A stretch of DNA of 64,000 nt. Source: an uncultured Methanosarcinaceae archaeon (GTDB lineage: Archaea; Halobacteriota; Methanosarcinia; Methanosarcinales; Methanosarcinaceae). A program made the position numbers and the translations under genes. The notes under the pieces were generated by a model, which worked only from the letters and a program-made list of their open reading frames with translations, did no database searches and was not told the origin of the DNA. How positions within the stretch are numbered: position 1 is the stretch's first letter; every line of letters starts with the position of its first letter. Location of the stretch: assembly GCA_963833425.1 (NCBI GenBank), contig CAWHXP010000002.1:128001-192000 (forward strand), read 5' to 3'. Below are positions 24,402-36,134 of this stretch, piece after piece.

Positions 24402-25694
24402 TTATTTAGAGGGTCTGTACCCAAAACGGGTTCTAATAGCATCAGCATGTGCCTTCAATCCTTCTTCCTCAGCTAGTGAGATTATAGTTTCTTTTAAACT
24501 TTCAAGGCCAATCTTGCTAATTTTTTGAATACTTGAATATTTCATAAAGTGATTTATATTCAGACCGGAATAAATTTTTGCATATCCGGCCGTAGGGAGT
24601 ACATGATTAGTACCAGACGCGTAATCCCCAACAGCAACAGGAGAATAATTCCCTATAAATATAGATCCTGCATTTTTAATCCCGTCAAGTACAAAATCTG
24701 AGTTTGATACCATTATTTCGAGGTGTTCTGGAGCAAATTTATTGCTGAAGTCTATACATTGTTTCAGGGAATCTGCTGTAAGAATTGCAGCATTCTCAAG
24801 AGACGCCTTAACAATGCTTTTTCTTTCAGTTTGTTCAGATTGGACGAGCACTTCTTTTTTTACATCTTCTGCAAGAGTCTCGGAGATTGTAACAAGTATC
24901 GAGATTGCACTTGGATCGTGTTCAGCCTGAGCTATAATATCCGAAGCAACCATAATAACATCTGCCGACTCATCTGCAATAATTAGCACTTCGCTGGGAC
25001 CTGCAGGGAAGTCGATTTCAGCAACGTCTCTAATCTGCATTTTTGCAGATGTGACAAAGACGTTTCCAGGCCCTACTATTTTATTCACCTTCGGGATAGT
25101 TTCAGTTCCATAAGCCATGGCTCCAACGGCCTGGGCACCACCGAGTTTGAATACTCTGTCTGCTCCTGCAACCTTTGCAGCACTGAGAGTTAGGGGGTGC
25201 ACAGAACCGTCAGCCATTGGAGGTGTGCACACTATAACCTGTGCTACTCCCGCAACTTTGGCTGGAATCACCGTCATTAGAACTGTTGACGGATAGAAAG
25301 CCCGGCCTCCTGGAGAATAAACGCCTACGCTTTCCAGAGGTGTTGCCTTCTGGCCCAACAAAATCCCTGGTTTAAGTTCCATAAACCAGATGACCTCTGG
25401 AAGCTGAGCTTCGTGGAAAGCTCGGATATTTGCAGCCGCTGATTTAAGGTGATTCAGAAGTTTCGGATCGATACACGAAAGAGCCTTCTCAAACTCATTT
25501 TCACTTACTTCAAAATCTGCAAGCTCTAATTTATCAAATTTTCGTGTATATTCCCTAAGTGCTGCATCTTTTTTGATATACACATCCGAAAGTATGGCTG
25601 AGACTGTCTTCACTACATCTGCAAGTCCTGATTCTCGGGAAATCAATTTCTTCATTTCAGCTCCAGAAACATCAGACAATTTTTTAAACAACAT
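24402..25694 (-). CDS. hisD: Histidinol dehydrogenase
   Basis: [57 protein letters not shown] at 25694 after GAGGTG. Confidence 0.97.
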   Translation of the reverse strand: MLFKKLSDVSGAEMKKLISRESGLADVVKTVSAILSDVYIKKDAALREYTRKFDKLELADFEVSENEFEKALSCIDPKLLNHLKSAAANIRAFHEAQLPEVIWFMELKPGILLGQKATPLESVGVYSPGGRAFYPSTVLMTVIPAKVAGVAQVIVCTPPMADGSVHPLTLSAAKVAGADRVFKLGGAQAVGAMAYGTETIPKVNKIVGPGNVFVTSAKMQIRDVAEIDFPAGPSEVLIIADESADVIMVASDIIAQAEHDPSAISILVTISETLAEDVKKEVLVQSEQTERKSIVKASLENAAILTADSLKQCIDFSNKFAPEHLEIMVSNSDFVLDGIKNAGSIFIGNYSPVAVGDYASGTNHVLPTAGYAKIYSGLNINHFMKYSSIQKISKIGLESLKETIISLAEEEGLKAHADAIRTRFGYRPSK

Positions 25695-25979
25695 GGTACC
25701 CACCTCTAAAATAAACTGATAAAATATATAAATGGAATATTAGGTTTCTATATAAACTGTATATTATATAACCTGATAATCAGTTCATTAATCCCCAATA
25801 TTATTTAAAATGTTATCTCCTGAAATATCTATCTCGAAGGTGAAAGATAGTAGTATAGGAAATTTATGCATCATGGCTTAATTGGAACTATATGAGGAAT
25901 AAAATAAATTTTTATAATATACTTTTCAACGGGTAGCTCGTGTAACCGTTCTAGAAATAGAGGAAATTACTCATAATCA

Positions 25980-26230
25980 AATAATTTCATTTACTTATAT
26001 AATTCTTTTTCCTTCTGTTTTCTGATTTCAACATAATTATTATGTACATCGGAATTTGTACCATCATCACAGTTTCAATGTAACATCTATCGCTCCAAAG
26101 TTCACAACCCAAAAGCTGTTTTTTAATCTCAGAGTATTCTTTAAAATTTTTTATTGATATTATACTTCTTATAAGAATCAAAACAGTAACTTATACCAAT
26201 CTCAAAACATATAAATTTTAAATAATTGAT
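25980..26230 (-). pseudogene. IS200-family tnpA fragment
   Basis: EIKKQLLGCELWSDRCYIETV motif; inverted homologue of 23130-23450. Confidence 0.65.
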
Positions 26231-26269
26231 AATGACAGTGTCTAAAAGAAATCTTTTATGATACTTCAT

Positions 26270-26760
26270 ACTAAAAATCTCGTCATTTGTAATCAGATTC
26301 CATATAATTGTGGCAATTTCCCTCGCTGAAGCAATAATTGCCTTTGAATATCCAATTGATTTCTTCTTCAGGTAGAGTATTTTTTAATTTACTATTTTTC
26401 TTCCTTGTTGCTGCCTAAACAATCTGCATTAGAAACCACCTGCTACTTTGATCATCTTTTTGTAATTCTCCATTTGTAGAATTTATATGCAAATTGATAT
26501 ACATTCGAAACAACTTTGAATATAAGAAAAGCTGATATCCTGAAGAAAAATCCTTCAAATTACCTATTTCAGCAATTAGAATTGTTGAGCAATCTTCCAA
26601 ATATCCGAAACCAATATTAAAATTTATACTGCATTTTTATGTTCTCCCTAGAATAATGAAAATTTATCCATCCAAAGTTTCGACTTAATCGTCAAGATAT
26701 TGTATAAGATTCAGACATGTCTGAAACGTAACTATAACGCTTAGAGATATTTATATATCC
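26270..26760 (-). pseudogene. IS110-family transposase remnant
   Basis: STILIAEIGNLKDFSS and KKSIGYSKAIIASAREIATIIWNLITND-like fragments; heavily decayed; boundaries approximate. Confidence 0.7.
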
Positions 26761-27264
26761 CGAATCCCTCTTATCAGAATACGTATATTACGAACATTTT
26801 GAAAAAGGTATTCTACTATATGATCTTACTTTTTTTTACATAACAAAACCTTTTATGTAAATATATGCATTTTTGTCCAAATATCTGTCAATAAGTCACT
26901 TATATGAAAAATTTCAGATATGAGAATATAGTGAGCCTCTTTTCTTATATGTATTTTTGTTTGTACAAATTTATGGCAAATCCGAATGTATAAAATAAAA
27001 TAGCTCTGATTTGTTGGGGAGACTCTTAGTGTCCGAATCATTTTATTAGGTGCAAGTTGTGCAATAAATTCCGAGCCTAATTTATCTGTTTTTTAATTCA
27101 CATATGTCTTCATAACTCGTGCATTGCCAACTTCACTTATTATGGTTAGGCAGTTTTGGAAGCAAAAATTGGAACAAATTTCATGGCCAAAATAACTATG
27201 TAGTCAATGCTCAAAAAAGTCTGATGGATCATATTTTCATTTATTTTAACCCATTATTCGAAGA

Positions 27265-27350
<86 letters not shown>

Positions 27351-27599
27351 CTTTAAGCTACGGTCATATTGATAAAATAGATGGCATCTTGTGTACATCT
27401 TCAGAAAATGAGTTAATAATAGTCCCCCTTGAAGTTTCCATCATCTCAGCGCGATACTGTGCATTCTAGAGAAACACAATCGCAAAAATAGTAAAAATGA
27501 CTTAAATTAAGAAAATTAAGAAAACAAAAAGTAGGTGAAGGCAGTAATCATTTGTTATCTTTTGTCACTAAGGAAAATTTTTTTCAAGTGATGTAATTA

Positions 27600-29729
27600 T
27601 CATAACCTAGGGACTTCCTCTCTCCTTTCGATCTGGGTAAAAATTTTTTCAGCAATCTTAGGTCCAAGAAGTGCAGTCACTTTTCCCGGAGCAGCATCTA
27701 AAAGGTCTGCAATGGACTTTAAACCAGCTTCGTAAAGTTTCCGTGCTCTCACGCGACCTATACTTTGGATATCGAGCAGCTCCATCAATTCAGGACCAGC
27801 TCCATAATGAATCTGCCTTTCAAGTTCTGAAGCCTCTTTTACTCCTTTGATGTCTAGAAGCCTCGCAAGCTGGGTGGTTACATGCATGATCCATTCGGCA
27901 ATGTCTGCAATTGCATGGATATCGCCTTCCCCTATGCCGAATTTCAAACAAATCTCGTTTTCAGGCTTTTCATTAATCCAATCAATGAGCAGAAGAGCCG
28001 TTTTTACCTCTCCGAGGAACCATTCATATTCTACAGCATCAAACGGATTCGGGACTTTCACGAACTCTCCTGCATGAGCCATTGCATAATCGTTGATTAT
28101 GCAATAGTCTTGGCCTCTCATATAGAGCAAGCGCATATCAGGCGTGCTGCATATCAGATGCAACAGAGTAAGCTTGGTCAAGGATTCTGCTTTTTTAAGG
28201 TTTTTTACGATGATAGAGGCAGATCGAGGATCGACATATAGTCTCGAGACAAGTTTTCCGAAATTTGTGGGAAGAAGGACGTCTGTATCCTCAAGCATCT
28301 TTTCCTGTCTCAAAAAGCCAAGGCATTCGTCTACAACCGTAGAAAGTCCGAAATTTGAGTACTGGAAAGCGAAAAATGTTGCATCTAGAAATTCAAAGAG
28401 TTCTTCTTTTGTACGCGCAAAACCGCTTGAGATTGTAGAGAGTACATGCATCTTGAGAGCATTTTCTGTCCCAAGCTTGGACCAAATATCTTCGACTTCC
28501 GCATCGATATAATTCTTAAAAAGGAAACAAAACTCCTCATACGACCTGGCAAGAAGCACAGATTCTCCATAAGGGTCAAGCCTGGGCCTCCCTGCTCTGC
28601 CTGCCATCTGCTTGTACTCAAGCACAGGGATAGGCTGCATCCCGGCTTCAGAAGAATAGCGCCTATAACTTTTGATAATCACCCGCCTGGCTGGTAAGTT
28701 GAGTCCAGCTGAAAGGGTTGGAGTACTTGAGATCAGCTTGATCCTTCTTTCTCTGAACCCTTCTTCAACTAATTCCCTCAAAGGAGTGATGAGTCCTGCA
28801 TGATGAAAAGCCACACCTGAACGAATGCAGGAGGCGAGGGTTGCAGCAGTATCGGTTTCACTGTTTTCGAACACGTTGTCTGCAATCGCAGTCAGAAATT
28901 TTTTATCTTCTGTTGAAAGAATCTTTTTAATTTTTGGTGCCGCCTTCTTTGCAAAAGCCATACAGTTTTTCCTACTGCTTTCGAAAATCAGGCACTGACC
29001 ACCTTCCTGGAGGGTATCCAGCGCAAGGTTTATGGCTTCGTCTTTGGTGGGCTGCTCAATAATCTTTTCCCTTTCCTTGCAATAGAAAGTCCCATTAAAA
29101 TGTACCCCCTCCAGAAGTTCTGTAGGCCTCCATTCACTTACAACAAGTTCAGCGTTAAGCCAAGCTGCAAGCTCATCGGCATTACCTACTGTTGCAGACA
29201 GTGCCAAAATCTGACAGGATGGATTCATTTTCCGAAGCTTTGAAAGAGTGACTTCAAGTGTTGGTCCTCTGTCTTTAGAATCGATAAGATGTACCTCATC
29301 TAACACAATTACTGAGATTTCCTGCATCCAGGTAGTCTCATTCCTGAGCAGAGAATCGGTTTTTTCCGATGTCGCTATAATTATGTCGTTTACCCCAAGT
29401 TTTTCATCCCTCAAGTCATAATCCCCCGTCGAAATTCCGACCATGATCCCAAGGTTAGAAAATTCTCTAAACCGATTGAATTTTTCAGAAGCAAGCGCCC
29501 TTAGGGGCACTATATAGAGTGCCTTCCCTCCTGCGCAAATTGACTTCAACATCGTAAGCTCAGCAAGAAGAGTTTTCCCTGAGGCAGTTGGGATTGCAGC
29601 AAGCAGATTTTTACCTTCAAGCAGCCCTTTTTCCACTGCTTCCACCTGAGGAGGATAAAGTTCCAGAATATTGGAGTCCTGATAATAACGTTTTACTTCG
29701 TCTGGTATATCGAGGCTTTCTATCTTCAT
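27600..29729 (-). CDS. hel308: ATP-dependent DNA helicase Hel308 (Ski2-like)
   Basis: [31 protein letters not shown]-terminal GRVRARKLY HhH. Confidence 0.96.
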   Translation of the reverse strand: MKIESLDIPDEVKRYYQDSNILELYPPQVEAVEKGLLEGKNLLAAIPTASGKTLLAELTMLKSICAGGKALYIVPLRALASEKFNRFREFSNLGIMVGISTGDYDLRDEKLGVNDIIIATSEKTDSLLRNETTWMQEISVIVLDEVHLIDSKDRGPTLEVTLSKLRKMNPSCQILALSATVGNADELAAWLNAELVVSEWRPTELLEGVHFNGTFYCKEREKIIEQPTKDEAINLALDTLQEGGQCLIFESSRKNCMAFAKKAAPKIKKILSTEDKKFLTAIADNVFENSETDTAATLASCIRSGVAFHHAGLITPLRELVEEGFRERRIKLISSTPTLSAGLNLPARRVIIKSYRRYSSEAGMQPIPVLEYKQMAGRAGRPRLDPYGESVLLARSYEEFCFLFKNYIDAEVEDIWSKLGTENALKMHVLSTISSGFARTKEELFEFLDATFFAFQYSNFGLSTVVDECLGFLRQEKMLEDTDVLLPTNFGKLVSRLYVDPRSASIIVKNLKKAESLTKLTLLHLICSTPDMRLLYMRGQDYCIINDYAMAHAGEFVKVPNPFDAVEYEWFLGEVKTALLLIDWINEKPENEICLKFGIGEGDIHAIADIAEWIMHVTTQLARLLDIKGVKEASELERQIHYGAGPELMELLDIQSIGRVRARKLYEAGLKSIADLLDAAPGKVTALLGPKIAEKIFTQIERREEVPRL

Positions 29730-30190
29730 TAAAAACAAAAGACTCGAACATAAGATAAAAAGCTATTTTGAGCTCTCAGGTCTTCCACGATTATTTGGTT
29801 AATTTTATTTTGAAATCCATTTATTGTCATTTCCCGGTATTTTTGTTCTGCACTTCAGTGGAGTTAGTTAAAAATAAAATCGTCCTAAGTACATGAAAAT
29901 GTAACATTTGTTACACTGGAAACTTAATTCTGAAAACATCAATCACTTAATTACAAAAGACCACACTCATGCTAGTATCTAGAATTTATTATCCTGCAAA
30001 AAAACGGACTCCCCTTTATAAATCAACATTCTACAGATTTACATAGACATATTATTTGTTTGCTGATTTGCCTACTAACTCATTGAAAGTTAAATTACTT
30101 TTTAAGCACTGTCATATTGAGAACACATATGGATTCTTGTGCACGTCTACGGAAAATGGACTAAAAGTAACTTCGATTTTGTCGAATTTT

Positions 30191-31969
30191 TCAAAAAAAT
30201 CCTCCGTTGCTTGCTGAATAATAGTAATTCCCATTTTCCTTCTGTTCCCTATCAAGCCTTGAGCCGAGATTATTCACACGAGGACGTTTAGTTTCCTCAT
30301 CTCTGCGGAAGGTTATGCCCAAATTTTTCAAGAATTTATTCATACCAGTTTCCATGCTGAACGGGCCACGAGCTTCGCCATATACCGAGGGTTTGCCTTC
30401 GAAGACCATTAAGCGCTGGCTCAACATATCGATCATATATATATCATGATCCACAACTAGAGTCGCTTTCTGGTTGTTTTCGGCAAAATGATTCAGAACC
30501 TTAGTAACCATGGAGCGCTGCTCCACATCCAGGTGCGCGCTTGGCTCGTCCAGAATATAGATTTCGGCTTCCTGTGATAGGCAGGCTGCGATAGCAACCC
30601 TCTGTAGTTCTCCACCACTAAGATCAGTAAGTAGGCTGTCATAGATCTCTTCAAGTTGAAGTGGACTCGAGATCTCAACCTCATAATAGCTGGTACCGAA
30701 CCGTTTTGTGATGCTACCCAGAAAATCCTGCACTCGCATTGGTGTATCGACTTTGATATACTGAGGCTTGTAGGATATCTTGACTTCGATCTCAGTGTCT
30801 CTTTCTTCAGGCTTTATTTCTCCTGCAAGAATTTTCACGAAAGTCGACTTTCCTATTCCATTAGGACCCACTATCCCCAATACTTCCCCATCCCGAAGGC
30901 TGCCACCGGCAACTTCTAGGGAGAAACCATCCCCGTATCTCTTTGAGAAGCCTTTGAAGGTTATTGTAGATTTAAACTGTGAATCTTGTCTTGGGGGATG
31001 GATATCAAACTTAATGGCTTCAGGTCGTATTCGGATATTTTCTTCAGGAAGATAGCCTTTAAGGTACTGGTTAATTCCAACACGTACACTCTTCGGGAGA
31101 GTGACCACACCGAAACCCGCAGGTTTTCCATAGGCGATATGAACTACGTCTGCGAGCATGTCAAGGATCGCAAGGTCATGCTCGATCACAAGTATGGCCC
31201 TATCCTTTGAGATCTTCTGGATCAAGCGAGTAACATTGATTCTCTGATAGATATCAAGGTAAGGACTAATTTCGTCAAAGAAATAGAACTGGGCGTCTCT
31301 TGCAGCACAGGCCGCAATTGCCACCCTCTGAAGCTCACCACCGCTCAATTCAGAGATCTGCCTGTCTACTACACCTTCCAAATCGAGGTAATCTATAAGT
31401 TCATCCAGAACTTTTCTTTCATCTGTCTTTTCGAGCAATTCGGAGGTTTTACCTTTGAAAACTTTTGGAATCTGATCCACATACTGAGGCTTTTGTGAAA
31501 CACGAACTTCCCCATCCACCACAGCCTGAAAATAATCATAAATAGCAGTGCCAGCATAATTTTTAAGCACAGTGTCCCAATCACTCATTTCCTGTCCAAA
31601 GTTGGGAATTAATGATCCTGAAAGTATCTGCAAACAAGTGCTTTTTCCTATTCCATTAGGACCAAGGATTCCGGTTACTTTACCTACTTTTGGTACAGGC
31701 AGCCCAAAGAGGATAAAGCCATTTGATCCATATCTGTGGGTAGCCTTTTGCAAAATTTCAGGAAGCCCTATAATCATGATTGCTTTAAAGGGACATTTGT
31801 TTATGCAGATCCCGCAGCCCACACAAAGCTCCTCAGAAATAAAGGGTTTTCCGCCATCTCCAAAAACAATTGTTTCATCGCCAGTTCTGACCCTGGGGCA
31901 GTACTTTTCGCATTCCTTGCTGCACCTTCTGGGCTGACACCTATCTTTATTAAGTATAGCTATTCTCAT
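30191..31969 (-). CDS. Ribosome recycling ABC ATPase ABCE1 (RLI)
   Basis: N-terminal Fe-S Cys clusters, two GPNGIGKST Walker A and LSGGELQRVAIA signatures; ATG at 31969. Confidence 0.97.
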   Translation of the reverse strand: MRIAILNKDRCQPRRCSKECEKYCPRVRTGDETIVFGDGGKPFISEELCVGCGICINKCPFKAIMIIGLPEILQKATHRYGSNGFILFGLPVPKVGKVTGILGPNGIGKSTCLQILSGSLIPNFGQEMSDWDTVLKNYAGTAIYDYFQAVVDGEVRVSQKPQYVDQIPKVFKGKTSELLEKTDERKVLDELIDYLDLEGVVDRQISELSGGELQRVAIAACAARDAQFYFFDEISPYLDIYQRINVTRLIQKISKDRAILVIEHDLAILDMLADVVHIAYGKPAGFGVVTLPKSVRVGINQYLKGYLPEENIRIRPEAIKFDIHPPRQDSQFKSTITFKGFSKRYGDGFSLEVAGGSLRDGEVLGIVGPNGIGKSTFVKILAGEIKPEERDTEIEVKISYKPQYIKVDTPMRVQDFLGSITKRFGTSYYEVEISSPLQLEEIYDSLLTDLSGGELQRVAIAACLSQEAEIYILDEPSAHLDVEQRSMVTKVLNHFAENNQKATLVVDHDIYMIDMLSQRLMVFEGKPSVYGEARGPFSMETGMNKFLKNLGITFRRDEETKRPRVNNLGSRLDREQKENGNYYYSASNGGFF

Positions 31970-32491
31970 AATGGTCCCTAAAATCACGTTTTTTCTTTGC
32001 AATTACATTTTTTTCTTCGAATTGTTTTTATTTATTCACAGATACATCCTGAAATGAATTGTCTACTACGATTTAATGCGTAATCAAGCTTAATACTACA
32101 AATCTCTGCTATGATAGCTAGCAGTTATTCAGCAAAATAATAATAGGACATTTTAACAAATATATACTTGCATGGAATACATATATATTATTTCTAAACA
32201 TATAGATATATATAAATATATGAACTTATGAAAATCCTTCACAATATTAGTTGGTGTGATATGGATCAACAGATTTTGCACAATGAGGCAATTATCGGTT
32301 ATGAAATGCTTGCTCTGGTATATGAACTGTTGGACTATTTGCAAGTATGAAGCGCAATCATGCAAGAACTCAACGAATAAAGCAGGCAAAGGTTGCGCGA
32401 ATAGAAGCTAAACAATAAAAAGCTGATAAAACATACCATCTAAAAAGGTTTCCCTAGTTTGAAAACCTTTTTGCAGTTCAGGAAAAATATC

Positions 32492-32905
32492 TCAATTCAG
32501 AAGGAGAGTCCAGGTAACAAGGAAGAAATCAATGACTATAAACTCAACGTAAAACCAGTCCTTAAACTTGAATTCAATGGTATCGATATTAAGCTGAGAA
32601 TAGATCAACTTCTGCAGAAAATATGTAAAACCGATTACTAACATGAGTATAGCATACCAGGCCTTATTTTCTCCTGTTCCATACAGTATAGATGCTATAA
32701 GTCCTGCGATTATCCCAAGTGCTGAAGCTACTATTGTCTTTATGATTCCCTCTCTGTGGGCTTTTTGTTTCTCTTCAGGGGTAATTTCCTTGATAAGAGT
32801 TTTCCTTTCCGAGGACTCATCGTTTACGACAGAATTTTTTGCAAGAACTTCTGTAGTTTTTGCTGGTTCAGTTATGGGTTTTGATTTTGGATTTTGTTTA
32901 CTCAA
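32492..32905 (-). CDS. Small membrane protein, probably archaeal EMC6-like
   Basis: Three TM helices ending KDWFYVEFIVIDFFLVTWTLLLN; upstream of ABCE1; start codon uncertain. Confidence 0.75.
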   Translation of the reverse strand: MSKQNPKSKPITEPAKTTEVLAKNSVVNDESSERKTLIKEITPEEKQKAHREGIIKTIVASALGIIAGLIASILYGTGENKAWYAILMLVIGFTYFLQKLIYSQLNIDTIEFKFKDWFYVEFIVIDFFLVTWTLLLN

Positions 32906-33216
32906 TCGCTATACACTCCTGAACGGCAATTATCCTGGGATCTAATTTGCAAGAATTATACTTGAATCTCAAATTTGGATTATATATTTGGATAATTATA
33001 TTGATAGGCTATAATTGTTCAAACTTATCATTATATTAACCTATTGGGATTAAATGATCACATTTAAGTCATTCGGACTAAATTATCACCTAAATTGTTT
33101 TAATAGAATTATCATATTTGAATTCTTTGAATCTAAGTACTATATAAAAATCATAAGAATTTAATTTTCATATCTAAATTATCGATATTTAATTATTAAA
33201 CTTGAATCTCACAGCT

Positions 33217-34236
33217 TTAAATAAATTCATTACTTAAAACATTACCTATCTGATCTATGGATATCGAATCTATTCCTATTGAATTTAAATGTTTTGAAAA
33301 TTTGGAGGGCCTGTAACCTTTTGGATGGTAAGTAAGAGTAACTTCAGGGTTAAGTTTTCTGACCATATTTTCAAGACCGCATGCATCAAGATGGTCACTT
33401 ATCCTTATTATAGGGTAGGGATACTCCATGCGGCAGCTTAGAACGTACTTTTTCATATTCAATGGAAGCTTGCCAAGGTTCCAAGGTGCGACTATGAAAA
33501 CACCATCATCCCCTCCAGATCTCAGCCCTTCAAGTTCCCCTACATCTTCGATCATGTTTCGTGTAAGGGCTCTTGTCCTTGCATCCATATGGATAGTCTC
33601 CTCATATCCAAATTCCCGGATAAGTTTAACTGCTCGCTGGGCCTTCCCAAATTCATATGCTCCGAAAGCAACTGGTCCATGTTCAAAAAGAGCATCCTTC
33701 ATACCTTCGAAGTCATCTGCAAAATGACAACTTGGATCTTCTGGATCCCCATAGTTAGCCTCAGTGATCAGTACATCACAAGGAGGGAACTTACTTGCGT
33801 CTTTGATGTCACCGGTAACCAAAATCCTTGATCCTACTTCGTTTTCCCAGTAAAAAGCAGTCGCACCGGAAGTATGCTCAGTAGGGAAAGTCTTTACCCT
33901 CACCCTTCCTACATCAATTTCATCTCCAAGCCTGAAAATACTGCCGGCATATCTTTTATTGTGCCTGATTTCGAGGGCAATTGCAGTTTTTTCCGAACAC
34001 ACCGAATTAGAGGACATCATAGCCGATTTCCCATGATGATCTGAATGAGCGTGCGTAATCAGATACGCATCAGGGTATGCATGCTTTCCTGTAGTTCTGG
34101 TAGTGTCGATGGAAAACATGCGCAAATCCCCCTCATTATCCCTGAACCTGACCGAAATATGTGGTTTGAAATTTCCACGAGAGTTATGTTGCCTGAGCAC
34201 CAGCACTCCAAGATCAATTAGTTTTTTTGAAATCAC
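33217..34236 (-). CDS. Metallo-beta-lactamase-fold hydrolase (beta-CASP-like nuclease)
   Basis: THAHSDH, EH, VTGD, ITEANYG, ISDH motifs. Confidence 0.88.
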   Translation of the reverse strand: MISKKLIDLGVLVLRQHNSRGNFKPHISVRFRDNEGDLRMFSIDTTRTTGKHAYPDAYLITHAHSDHHGKSAMMSSNSVCSEKTAIALEIRHNKRYAGSIFRLGDEIDVGRVRVKTFPTEHTSGATAFYWENEVGSRILVTGDIKDASKFPPCDVLITEANYGDPEDPSCHFADDFEGMKDALFEHGPVAFGAYEFGKAQRAVKLIREFGYEETIHMDARTRALTRNMIEDVGELEGLRSGGDDGVFIVAPWNLGKLPLNMKKYVLSCRMEYPYPIIRISDHLDACGLENMVRKLNPEVTLTYHPKGYRPSKFSKHLNSIGIDSISIDQIGNVLSNEFI

Positions 34237-35302
34237 ACAAATCCTTGAGGAGATTATACTTAAGATATTTAAGTTTAGGTAAAAGAAATTTGAATTCTTT
34301 AATATACTAACTTACACATTAATCGAAGAACGTATCTAACATTAGAAGTGTCTTAGAATACACCTTTAAAACTGAAATTTGTTAACATTTTTTTGGAGCA
34401 TAAAAATATATAATTATTGTTCACGTTATTCGACTGTGAAAATCAAAGGTACAGTGTCGCACCCAGAAGCAAACGACATAAATTTTTCTCACCCACACTC
34501 TAGATATAAAAAGATTATTAGAAAGAATTATTCAAAACCAAATATTTTCATTTGTTTGTATGGTTCTTTTTCTTCATAGTTTCCCTTAGTTTCAACATAG
34601 AGTTAAAACGGGGTGGAGTGCCATCAATCATATTTTCAGTATAACCAGCACCAAAACTTCATCGAATAATGATGTTTTCATCTCAGCTCATACTTTTAAG
34701 ATTTTTATTGCTGTGATACTGTTTATAATTCACCTCAGCTTTGAAGGAGAGTATTTTGGTTCAACACCAACGAAAGGATTTACACTATGATCATCATAAC
34801 AGATTGTATTAAATTTTAAACAGTACCTTTTACTAATTTCAAAGTATGTATTTTTCAAATAATTGACTATGTCATCATCTAAAGAGCAGTCCTATTTATC
34901 TCATATTTTTTCCTCGCGGGAATTCTGTCCAGAACATCACCGCTAATTTAGGTATTTGATCTCATCTATTTTCTCGTTCATTATTCTTTGATTTTGAAGA
35001 CAGAGTCCGCTATGCTTAAAATACTCCTGCTATTTTCAATGCTATCAACTGATATAAATTCTAACAAAAAGCTGTAAACATCATCTTATACTCACTTTTT
35101 GCGCAGTAGTGAAAGAACTTTTCCTGCCTTAGAACCTTTTTAGTTACTGCATAGAATTATCATATCAAATATTTTTTAAGCTGTTTAATTGAAAGCTGAC
35201 AAATTCGATATAATTTCGATGAAATCTTTGAAGTCTATCAAATTATTTTTTTAATTAAAAGACGAGTTTTCATTCCAAATAGATATTTACCGTCAAACTA
35301 AC

Positions 35303-35389
35303 AAGGATTTATCGAAATCCTTAAATTTTGTCACATGCTTATGAATGAAATCTAAATGACTCGACAAATTAGAGGTTTATCGAAATGAC
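35303..35389. mobile_element. MITE-like element, inverted homologue of 10240-10329
   Basis: TTTATCGAAAT end motifs; interior aligns with 10240-10329. Confidence 0.6.
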
Positions 35390-35884
35390 ATATTAACTCT
35401 TTAGAGATTACTCGTATTTCAGGCTATTGAACAAACTAACTTGAGAGACGAGTTTAAAAGCTTTAAGAAATTCATTCAAGGGTGCAAAAAAAGCCTCTAA
35501 TAGCTGCTAAACTTGGATAACTGGACTCATTAAGAAATGTTTTATTAAATAAATTGATAGTGGTAGCAAAATTCAAAATAGAAGTTAGTTGTTTGAATTG
35601 TGCCAATATGAAAAAATTAAAATCAGTTTTAGGTGAAATTATTAATTATTTCAGGACAAAGCACAGAGGCAGTTAAAGAAATCGAAATTCCTTACTTACA
35701 CATCTTCTCTGACTTTTTTTTGGCATAAAATATATATTGATGTAATTCTTATTATTTAGCAGAGATTCCTTTTAAAAAAAAGCGTTTTCAGAGTTTATTC
35801 TTTTCAGCTTTTGAAGAGAAAGCTATAGGTAGTAGATGTCAGGTAGCAGATATCTAAACTGAAACTTTTTATGAGTAATTTGCA

Positions 35885-35972
35885 GAGGATTTGATAAATC
35901 GCTGATTTTCACGAATTATTTACATATATATTTATAAGCATATGACGAAATTGAGAATTTATTGAAATCCTC
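35885..35972. mobile_element. 88-bp MITE with TGCA target duplication
   Basis: GAGGATTTGATAAAT ... ATTTATTGAAATCCTC inverted ends with TGCA on both sides. Confidence 0.75.
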
Positions 35973-36134
35973 TGCAATTCGCAGGAAATTGCTTTTTATA
36001 GCGCTTTTAAGTTTTATGAAATGTTTTCTGTTGTGTGGAATGTTTAACTATTCCAAAATTTCTTTATTTGATACACCCTGATTCTGAAAAGATACTTTTA
36101 AGGTTTTTATAGTAAAAAGCATAAGGACAGCATA